Source of the DNA: an uncultured Flavobacteriales bacterium
GTDB lineage: Bacteria > Bacteroidota > Bacteroidia > Flavobacteriales_D > Crocinitomicaceae
Direction: 5' to 3'
Length of the DNA: 64,000 nt
Assembly (NCBI GenBank): GCA_943789205.1
Contig: CALSTG010000001.1
Location: forward strand, 632,182 to 696,181
Below, piece after piece: positions 43,609 to 51,816 of the stretch. How positions within the stretch are numbered: position 1 is the stretch's first letter; every line of letters begins with the position of its first letter. The translations under genes and the position numbers were made by a program. The notes under the pieces are model-generated. The model searched no databases and was not told the DNA's origin. It worked only from the letters and a program-made list of their open reading frames with translations.

Positions 43609-45905
43609 AATTCAAAAGTAATTATAAATTTTGTCCGTGATTCGTCTGACTCAAGAATAATGTCTGCTTTATGCTCTTTAAGCACATTTTTAACAATACT
43701 CAAACCTAATCCCGATCCGCTTTTCTTACCTTTAGTAGTATAAAATTTTTGAAAGATATTTTCAGCGATTTCCGGTGGAATCTTCGGTCCATTATTTTCA
43801 AAGATGACCTTAAGCTGTTTATCGCTTTTCTCGGCAGAAATACCTAGGAATTTTTCTTTCTGATCCGCCATGGCCTCTAATCCGTTTTTAACAATATTTG
43901 ACCAGAGCTGAAACAGTTTGATATCATAACCCATGAATTCAATAGAAGGATCCACTTCGAACTCAAGATTAACGTTAAGACTAATCTCGTAATTGAAAAC
44001 TCCTAGAACCGTTGAGATATTATCTCGAAGATTAATTTTCTTCTGCGCTACTGCGCTTTCACCTTTTATGAAAGCACGCATGTCCTGAACAACACGAACA
44101 GCCTTATCACTTGACTTTCTAATGGTTTCGAGCTGAGCCATAGCCATTTGAAGCTGATTCATTATTTGAAGGTACTCTTTGGCAAACGGTTTTGAAAGAA
44201 TCATTGAGATTTCATCTTCTTGAGTGATGTTAAATCTGCATTTAACCAATAAGTCGCAAATATCATTCAGTGCATCGGGAACCTCACCATCTATCGAATT
44301 GTTAAGATAATCTATCATCTTAGCTTTCTCTTTTCGCATTTGAAGACCACCTACATACATCTCAATTTTATTATTTTCAACGTGGTTAACAATGTGAGAC
44401 AACTCCTCTTTCGTAAAATCAGAAATAGTTCCGTTAAAAAGGCTATTCAAAATGAAATTAATATTATCCGCTCCCACTCTAATGGTTCCTAATGGAGTAT
44501 TTAAGTCATGTGCTATACCAGCTGATATTTCACCAATTGTCACCAATTTCTCTTGCTCCAGTATAGAACGGGATAAGTCCATATTTTTCTTGGTGTTCTC
44601 CATGACCTTTTTCTCTAAAGATCGATTAATCGAAGCCAACTCGTCCTTGGTGTTTTGAAGCTCCTCGATGTATGAAATTCTATTAAATACATTGAGTAAC
44701 ATTTGAGAATAAATTCTCAATAAATTCTTTTCATCTAATGTAAATGATCTTTTAGTTTTCATGATGTCAAAACCAACAAATCCAATAGCTTTATTGTCTT
44801 GCATCATCGGAATTGAAATCATACTTTTCGTCCCTTCCTCTTGAAGGACTTTAAATATTCTTTTATTATCAATTTTAGAGGTATCAGAAAATTCCACAAA
44901 CTCCCCTTTTTTATGCTTACTCAATGAGTGGGGAATCTGTGAGAAAGGCATTGACTTTAGTTCATCTATTTGGGAATGAATGCCCTCTGCAACCCATTCA
45001 TGAGTAATGGAGCAGATTTCATTCTCAAAATCATACTTAAATACATAAGCTCTATCCGCGGAAGAAAACTGAGCAATCTCAAAAAGAGAAGTGTTAATCA
45101 CCTTATCGATCTGTGAAATAGGCGCATTGATATATTCCGTGGTAATATTTAACATTATCTCTTTAAAGCTGGTCATTTGATCCATCTCTCGTTTTGCCTT
45201 TTCAACAGCAGTAACATTAAAGAAAAAAGCTTGAGAACCATTAAAATTACCTTCTTTTAAAATGGGTCTTGCGCGCCCTTTAAGAACTATTTTAGAATCC
45301 TGACTCGTTATGAATTCACAGCCTAGATTTTCTACTGAAACGCCCTCCATAAGCTTAGGCATAATTAACTCGAACTCCTTAATTGTATCATTTGTAAAAA
45401 AATCAGATATGATCCTACCTTTAACCTCTTCGAGTGATTTAAAAGACATATTCTCTAACCATGCCTCGTTAACGTACGTAATCTGTCCCTTAACATCTAG
45501 CATTTGAATCATTTCTGATGACTTATCTAATAAATCTCGATAGTGCCTTTCCTTATCCTCAATAACCTCTAAAGATTCCTTTAGGTTAAGCGTTCTGTTT
45601 TCAACGAGAGACTCTAGATTAACGACGAGCTTTTCATTTTCATTATTCTTTATATCTAATCTGGATTTCAATCTGTTTATTTTCCTTAATCGTCCGATAA
45701 TAATAACCAGTGAAATGAAAATGAAAGAAAGCAGCGTTATTAATAAATAATTAAAAACCTCTTTACTTTTTATTTTTTCATCTTTTACAGCAATTTCCAA
45801 CTTATGTTCAAGATCGTTTTGCTTATTCTTAATATCATATTCGTATTCCGCTTGTCGCTCAATTAACGCTTTTTGATTTTGTATGAGGTCCAAGCTATCT
45901 TTCAT
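43605..45905 (-). CDS. Sensor histidine kinase (coiled-coil/TM, PAS, GAF, DHp with insertion, HATPase_c)
   Basis: The TM is at LLITLLSFIFISLVIIIG. It has a PAS-like region, a GAF-like region (ADRAYVFKYD...), the H-box GIAHDLNTPLG, the N-box LWSNIVKNGLEAM and the G-box GSGLGLSIVK. Confidence 0.9.
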   Translation of the reverse strand: MKDSLDLIQNQKALIERQAEYEYDIKNKQNDLEHKLEIAVKDEKIKSKEVFNYLLITLLSFIFISLVIIIGRLRKINRLKSRLDIKNNENEKLVVNLESLVENRTLNLKESLEVIEDKERHYRDLLDKSSEMIQMLDVKGQITYVNEAWLENMSFKSLEEVKGRIISDFFTNDTIKEFELIMPKLMEGVSVENLGCEFITSQDSKIVLKGRARPILKEGNFNGSQAFFFNVTAVEKAKREMDQMTSFKEIMLNITTEYINAPISQIDKVINTSLFEIAQFSSADRAYVFKYDFENEICSITHEWVAEGIHSQIDELKSMPFSQIPHSLSKHKKGEFVEFSDTSKIDNKRIFKVLQEEGTKSMISIPMMQDNKAIGFVGFDIMKTKRSFTLDEKNLLRIYSQMLLNVFNRISYIEELQNTKDELASINRSLEKKVMENTKKNMDLSRSILEQEKLVTIGEISAGIAHDLNTPLGTIRVGADNINFILNSLFNGTISDFTKEELSHIVNHVENNKIEMYVGGLQMRKEKAKMIDYLNNSIDGEVPDALNDICDLLVKCRFNITQEDEISMILSKPFAKEYLQIMNQLQMAMAQLETIRKSSDKAVRVVQDMRAFIKGESAVAQKKINLRDNISTVLGVFNYEISLNVNLEFEVDPSIEFMGYDIKLFQLWSNIVKNGLEAMADQKEKFLGISAEKSDKQLKVIFENNGPKIPPEIAENIFQKFYTTKGKKSGSGLGLSIVKNVLKEHKADIILESDESRTKFIITFEL

Positions 45906-47009
45906 CTGAATATGCAGCCTTGATCATTTTTAGTGCCTGCTCCTGAATTATTTTCCTGCTCATAAATTTCACTAAGTAGCTTTGCTGCTTTCTGAATATT
46001 CCGAGGATAACCTATTTCTTGAGAAATTTGAAGGCTCTCTAATGCATTACGTTTAGCTTTAGCCAAATTGTTTCTTTTAAATTCAATCTCGGCAATATTA
46101 ATGGTTGAAATTGCAATACCATCTTTAAAATTTAATGCTCTCCTCAGCGCCAGACTCTTATTATGATAAATCAACGAGCTGTCAGGATTATCAATCAAGT
46201 AAAATCCAGCCAATGAGCTGTAACTATTCGACAAGCTCCTTTTATCCTGGATTTTCATTGCCATTTCTAGTGATTTCAAATAATACTTCTTAGCAAGTTT
46301 TTTATTCCCTTGCTTTTGTTCAACCGAACCAATACTGTTGTAAACACCCGAAATACTCTGCAGTTTGTTTTCTGATTGAAGCATTGGAAGACTTCTTTGA
46401 TAATAATCTAGAGCCCTTGTCAAATCATTTTGCTCTTTATAAATTGATGCTATATTATTAAGAAGCGTGGCAACACCTGTTTTATCATCTATTTCTTTTG
46501 AAATATCTAAACTCTGATGGTAATAATCTAAGGCTTTCGTAATGTTCCCTTGATCATTTAGAACGTAACCGATATTATTTAGAGCTGTAGCAATTTGATA
46601 TTTATCCCCTGTTTTTTGAACGATTATTAGACTTTGCTCCAAATAGTCTAAACATTTATCAATCGCTCCATTCGTCATATAAACAACAGCAATATTATTC
46701 AAGGCACCAGAATAAAGATTTAATAACTCCATTCTTTCTTTTTCTGAGGGTGCTTGTGCAAGCCTCGGCCCAACAATCTCAATTACCTTATTACACAAGG
46801 GGGATCATTGTATCTATATTGGAGACATACAGAATAGAGGACAATTCCAAATAGGAGTTGGCAATTGCCGTATCTGAACTATTCGGATTCTTTATTATTG
46901 CGTTGTAACGATCTATTTTTTCAGTTTCTTCTTCTGAAAATTTTTGAGCACCTACAATAAATGAAAAGCAAACAAAATACAGTAGTATTATTTTCTTTCT
47001 TGTCATCAT
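45902..47009 (-). pseudogene. Secreted TPR-repeat protein interrupted by a +1 frameshift at a C5 run
   Basis: ORF 46791-47009 (MMTRKKIILLYFVCFSFIVGAQ..., signal peptide) stops at TAA 46791-46793. ORF 45902-46798 carries multiple 40-aa TPR units (ALNNIA/GYVY..G...KALDYYQ/HQSL). Removing one C from CCCCC (plus-strand GGGGG at 46799-46803) joins them as ...NIDTMIPLCNKVIEIV.... Confidence 0.65.
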
Positions 47010-47413
47010 GGTCGCCTCTTCTTTAGTAATTCTATACTTCTTTTCAATTCTGATTCTTCCCAAGGTTTTTGCAGAAAAGCCTCCAAAAGGCCATCTCTTT
47101 CTAAAGCCTCTATTTGTGATGAATTTGCCTGGCCTGACAACATGATGCATGGAATTGCTGGATGCGTTTCCTTTAATGCTCTAATAAATTTCGCGCCTGA
47201 AATATGAGGCATCTGATAATCAACAATTACAAAAAGAATTTCTATATCCTCAAATACAAAATCCTTTATATCACGAAGTGCCTTAGCGGGCTCTGTATAT
47301 AATTCAATAATTGTATCTGAGTGATTCAAAAACTTTTCCATCTGAAACCCCAACACTTGCAGAATCAAAGGATCATCATCAATGCATATTACTGCGTGTC
47401 TAAATTGACTCAT
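47006..47413 (-). CDS. Stand-alone response regulator receiver (no output domain)
   Basis: 135 aa. By eye it is roughly half identical to the 43201-43608 protein. It has VICIDDDP, VDYQMPHISG, MLSGQAN and KPW. ATGA overlaps occur at both ends. Confidence 0.9.
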   Translation of the reverse strand: MSQFRHAVICIDDDPLILQVLGFQMEKFLNHSDTIIELYTEPAKALRDIKDFVFEDIEILFVIVDYQMPHISGAKFIRALKETHPAIPCIMLSGQANSSQIEALERDGLLEAFLQKPWEESELKRSIELLKKRRP

Positions 47414-50400
47414 TTATCTCTTTTAAATTTGATTATAAACTTTGTCACATCCTTATCGGACTCCAAAGAAATCTGGCCTTGATGCTCTTCGAGAACATTT
47501 TTGACAATATTTAATCCTAGGCCTGAACCTTTTTTCTTCCCTTTGGTCGTAAAAAATTTATTAAAAATCTTTAATTGGTTTTCTTCTGAAATCGAAGGTC
47601 CATTATTCTCAACAGTAATACTGTAATAATCTGTAGTGATTTTAGAATATAACTTTAGCGTTTTCGGACCTTTTTGATCTTCCATACTTTCCAATGCATT
47701 TTTGATCAGGTTTGACCACAATTGAAATAATCGAACATCATACCCTTTAACATTAATTGATGGGGCAACATCAAAAGTTAAGTCAACAATATTTTCAATT
47801 TTATGACTGAAAATATTAAGTACCGTTCTTATGTTGTTTTTAATATTTACAATACCTGATTTTACATTTCGCTTTTCACGAATAAATAAGCGCAGGTTCT
47901 GCACAACCTCAGATGCTCGATTGCCTGAGGTTGAAATAGTCTGAACAAAAGAGAATACGAGTCGTACATGATAAATCAAGTCTAAAAACAATGTTGGATT
48001 GACTGAGTTTAAAATAAATTGAATCTCCTTTTCATTGTCAATAAGCACTCGAGCTTTCACCATAAGAGATGCAATATTATTGAGTTTTTTATCCGAGAAA
48101 TCAACTTTTTTATTTTTTAGGTAGGATAGTAATGCTTGCTGTTCTCTTCGCATTTGAACACCACCAATGAACAACTCAAAAGAGGAATTATTCGCTCTAT
48201 TAAATGCATATTCGATTTCATCAGGCGTGCATTTTGGGATAAGATTTTTAAACAACACATCCATGGTATAGCTAACATTTTCAGTACCACTTTTTATTGC
48301 GCCAAGTGGTGTATTTAAGTCATGAGCTACACCGGAAGCTAGTTCCCCGATAGTTACCATTTTCTCTTGGTCTCGAAGTGATGAAGCCAGCTCCATATTC
48401 TTTGCTGTTTTCTCTTGAACTAATCTTTCAAGGTTTACATTTAAATCTTGAATGATCTCTTGGTTTTTTAAGCGCTCTGTAATATCAAACTCAACCATCA
48501 TGTATCCCGTATGAAAATTATCAGCATCAAATAATGGCTGGAGATTCAGTGAGACATAATAATTCAATCCACCTTTGGCTATATGTTGCATTTCTACCTC
48601 AACATTTTGTTTGTTTTTTATAGCCTCTATAAGTTTTTTATGCTCGTCAGAATTCTTTTCCTTTGAAATAAACTCTCTTGGATTTTTACCAAGCATTTCA
48701 CTCAAGGTATATCCCGACCTTTCTATCATAGCCTGATTGGCCCAAGTAATTACCATGTCCGTATTTAACATGAGTACACCATTATTTGTGTTTTTGGCGA
48801 CAAGAGATAGCTTTACGTTTTCTTCTTCTGCTATAACTCGCTGAGTAATCTCAGTTCCATATCCAATCACGACACGAACATCCCCATTCTCATCAAATAA
48901 AGGCCCCATTGTTCGATGAATCACATTTCGATTGCCATTTTTGTCAATCAGGTCATCAACCCATATCTCCCTTTTCTTTGATTTCAGAACACGATTGAAA
49001 AGAATTCTCCGTTCATCTGCCATCTCGGTTGAAATACCTTTTAAGCGACAATAATCATAATCGTTTTTTCCAATCATAAATGACCTAATCTTTTCATCCT
49101 TTATCCCTTGGGGATTGATAAACATGTAATTATGATCTTTATCAAAGACAGCAACATCCGCAGGTAAATTATTCAAAATAAATTCATAAAATTCACGTTG
49201 AGATTCAAGCTGATTATTCAATGCTTTCAATGCGCTTTCATTATTTGCATTTCGATCTCTGTACTCCGTTATATCATTAGCATATATATTCAAATATCCC
49301 ATCTCAAAGATCAATGCAATATTCACGGAATAGTAGCGAGATTTGGCTTCAATAAAGAAATGATGAAGTGGCTTTCCACTAGAAATCACCTCACTTAATA
49401 TTTGTTGGAACTTTTCATTTTTCAACTGATCCTGCTCGATCCCAATGTCGTCAAGAAAAGATTTTTCTGAATTGGCATTAAAATAGACCAAATTCAAGTC
49501 GAGATCAAATCTTAATATTGGATTAGGGTTTTCTTCAGGGAATTTAGAAATCGCCTCCATTTCCTTTTGGATACGAACAATTTCCTTGTTTTTTAAAAGA
49601 ATATTTTGAGTAATCGCCTGTGACTCTTCAAGACTTTTTCTCGAGGTTTGTTCTAAAAAGAGGAACTCTGCAATTGTATCGTGTAACGGAAAATCCTTTA
49701 CCGTAACATTGTAATTTTTTAAAGCAAATTTTGAGTTAATAATGGGTGAAGCCCATAAGTAATTATAGCTGCCTATTCGTCTCATCGTAAACTTGAAACG
49801 CTGCTGAATATCTTTAAGGTCAAGAAAATGCATTACACGAAACCACGCATCCCCAAGGTTTAAATCTTCCAAACAATCTTTACGATCGATCATAAAGTAT
49901 TTAAAAATACTATCCCCAACTTTTATTTGAGGAGTAGACTTTTTGAAATTTACTCCTATTTCAAGAATCTCAAATTTGCTATTTAGGACAAAATAATAAG
50001 GCGCACATTCATTTAGGATTTGTGAGGGTTTCCCGTCTATAAATGTCGACGCTGAAAGCAGCCTAGCTAGTTTGTCCACATAAATCTCTAAAGTTTCGAT
50101 CTGAAAAGTGTTCAAGTTTATGGCCTTTTCATCAGCAATTCCCAAAGAACCTTTAACCGATTCATTTACATCTCGAATAGGAAAACTTAAAAACGACTTT
50201 ATCTTTTCTGTTGAGTTGTTTACTGCGATTTGTGAGCCTTGAGCCAATACCTTTTCATGAATTTCATTAAACTGATCAACTGTAGACTTGTCATTTGTTA
50301 ATAGAGTACTATCATCACCTGTTAGACATCTAAAATAAACTTTCGATACGCCACAGAGTTGTTCTGTTAGGCTCAAAACCTTCTCGATTTCGAGCTTGGA

Positions 50401-50439
50401 TTCTTCACTCATATATTGTGGAAAGGATCTTGTTATCAA
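47410..50439 (-). CDS. Cytoplasmic sensor histidine kinase with an HNOBA-like module, three PAS domains, an expanded DHp and HATPase_c
   Basis: I saw no TM segment. The HNOBA-like stretch is at ~aa 141-300 (see findings). PAS signatures are present (ENPNPILRF; LPADVAVFD...; NNGVLMLN...). It has the H-box GVAHDLNTPLG, N-box LWSNLIKNALESM and G-box GSGLGLNIVK. The track start is TTG at 50439, with an alternative ATG at 50412. Confidence 0.9.
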   Translation of the reverse strand: MITRSFPQYMSEESKLEIEKVLSLTEQLCGVSKVYFRCLTGDDSTLLTNDKSTVDQFNEIHEKVLAQGSQIAVNNSTEKIKSFLSFPIRDVNESVKGSLGIADEKAINLNTFQIETLEIYVDKLARLLSASTFIDGKPSQILNECAPYYFVLNSKFEILEIGVNFKKSTPQIKVGDSIFKYFMIDRKDCLEDLNLGDAWFRVMHFLDLKDIQQRFKFTMRRIGSYNYLWASPIINSKFALKNYNVTVKDFPLHDTIAEFLFLEQTSRKSLEESQAITQNILLKNKEIVRIQKEMEAISKFPEENPNPILRFDLDLNLVYFNANSEKSFLDDIGIEQDQLKNEKFQQILSEVISSGKPLHHFFIEAKSRYYSVNIALIFEMGYLNIYANDITEYRDRNANNESALKALNNQLESQREFYEFILNNLPADVAVFDKDHNYMFINPQGIKDEKIRSFMIGKNDYDYCRLKGISTEMADERRILFNRVLKSKKREIWVDDLIDKNGNRNVIHRTMGPLFDENGDVRVVIGYGTEITQRVIAEEENVKLSLVAKNTNNGVLMLNTDMVITWANQAMIERSGYTLSEMLGKNPREFISKEKNSDEHKKLIEAIKNKQNVEVEMQHIAKGGLNYYVSLNLQPLFDADNFHTGYMMVEFDITERLKNQEIIQDLNVNLERLVQEKTAKNMELASSLRDQEKMVTIGELASGVAHDLNTPLGAIKSGTENVSYTMDVLFKNLIPKCTPDEIEYAFNRANNSSFELFIGGVQMRREQQALLSYLKNKKVDFSDKKLNNIASLMVKARVLIDNEKEIQFILNSVNPTLFLDLIYHVRLVFSFVQTISTSGNRASEVVQNLRLFIREKRNVKSGIVNIKNNIRTVLNIFSHKIENIVDLTFDVAPSINVKGYDVRLFQLWSNLIKNALESMEDQKGPKTLKLYSKITTDYYSITVENNGPSISEENQLKIFNKFFTTKGKKKGSGLGLNIVKNVLEEHQGQISLESDKDVTKFIIKFKRDK

Positions 50440-50465
50440 AACTTTGAATAGAATTAAGATTTCAC

Positions 50466-51008
50466 TTACCAGGTGATTTTAAAGCAAAGACCTTTTTCTT
50501 CAGAAGACTCCGAATCCATCTCCTTGATAGCCACAACCATGTCAAAACGTTTACCTAAACCTCTTATAAGACCTTTTAGCATTGGAACCAAGCCTTGTCT
50601 GTGTGACTTATACAAAAGTTCAACGGAGTTTTCAGTTTCGTTCTGAGTTGAAAAAAGAGGTGCTTTAAGCTCTGGCATCATATTGTTAATACGCAAATGC
50701 AACATGTCCAAATTACCAAGAAACTCGACAAATGAAGATCCTGACAAATCTAAAAGGTCACCATATCCTTGCTCTGCCGTATAAAGTATCCAATATTCAC
50801 CAAAAGCCTCCAAAATTGAATTGGCATCGGTTTTTAAAACCTTACTCGCAGCTCCTACCAGATCATAAGTCAATTTGTCTGGATACGGGCTCATTGAAAT
50901 AAAGTCAGATTCTTCAAAACCTGCTTCATCACAAATTACTGCCCAAGTATCAGCACCATGATTTTCGACAACTAAATCTTTAATTGCCTTGTTAACTAGT
51001 CCATACAT
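50466..51008 (-). CDS. hnoX: H-NOX (haem nitric oxide/oxygen-binding, HNOB) domain protein
   Basis: 180 aa with N-terminal MYGLVNKAI, TYDLVGAASKVL, a proximal-His context FLGNLDMLHLRI (His104) and a Y-x-S-x-R motif YKSHR (Tyr133/Ser135/Arg137). Confidence 0.88.
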   Translation of the reverse strand: MYGLVNKAIKDLVVENHGADTWAVICDEAGFEESDFISMSPYPDKLTYDLVGAASKVLKTDANSILEAFGEYWILYTAEQGYGDLLDLSGSSFVEFLGNLDMLHLRINNMMPELKAPLFSTQNETENSVELLYKSHRQGLVPMLKGLIRGLGKRFDMVVAIKEMDSESSEEKGLCFKITW

Positions 51009-51098
51009 ATCTTTTAGATTTTAAATAGCCTTCCAAAGTTAATCAAAGCAAACGGTTTAAAAAATATTTCAAAGTGGCGATAAGACTAGGTTCCGAGG

Positions 51099-51118
51099 AC
51101 TACGTAGTTCTACGTAGA
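51099..51118. promoter_or_regulatory. Two abutting palindromes ACTACGTAGT / TCTACGTAGA (candidate operator)
   Basis: The two 10-bp perfect palindromes share the core CTACGTAG. They lie in the 213-bp divergent region between hnoX (ATG at 51008) and the DinB gene (51222). The second extends to the 12-bp palindrome ttctacgtagaa. Confidence 0.4.
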
Positions 51119-51221
51119 AAGAACTACCATTTTTAACTTAGTTCTCCTTTTAGCCAACTATTTGTTGAAACCACAACGCTTTCTTTGTGTTAAATTTACC
51201 TAGCTAAAATAAAAATTAAAC

Positions 51222-51710
51222 ATGACGAATTTAGATTTTTTCAAAGCTTCTTTCAAAAATGAAATGCAAGCAACGTTAGATACCATAAGCGCCATTCCTG
51301 CGGATCAGTTAGAATATACGCCACACCCTATTAATAGAACAGCTTATGAGATTGCAGAGCACATTGCCGCTCATGTTTATGATTTTAGTATCATTTTACA
51401 TAATGACTCATGTGATGAAAAGCTTTCATTTCCTTTTTCAACACCTGATGAATTGGTTTCTAAAACAGAGCGTCTTTGGAAGGAGGCATCAGACATTTTA
51501 AACAATTTCGAAGTAGAAAAATGGGATAATGAAATGGTCTCCCTGTCTGTTGGCGGAAACCCTTTTGGATCTATGCCTAGATTTCAAATGATGTGGTTCT
51601 TTCTAAATGACATTATTCATCACAGAGGTCAACTTTCTGCATACCTCAGACCAATGGGGGGTAAAAACCCGGCAATTTATGGTTGGAGCGCTGATACCGT
51701 TGCTGTTTAA
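51222..51710 (+). CDS. DinB family protein
   Basis: 162 aa. The four-helix-bundle pattern has conserved His residues (EIAEHIAAH...IIHHRGQL). Confidence 0.7.
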   Translation: MTNLDFFKASFKNEMQATLDTISAIPADQLEYTPHPINRTAYEIAEHIAAHVYDFSIILHNDSCDEKLSFPFSTPDELVSKTERLWKEASDILNNFEVEKWDNEMVSLSVGGNPFGSMPRFQMMWFFLNDIIHHRGQLSAYLRPMGGKNPAIYGWSADTVAV

Positions 51711-51816
51711 ACCGGAAATTCATCCTAACCCACAGAGATTAAATTCTTATTACTGAGCCCAAAAAACGTTTGACTTATTAGGCAGTATCTTCTAGAGTTG
51801 CTTATTTTTGCAATCG

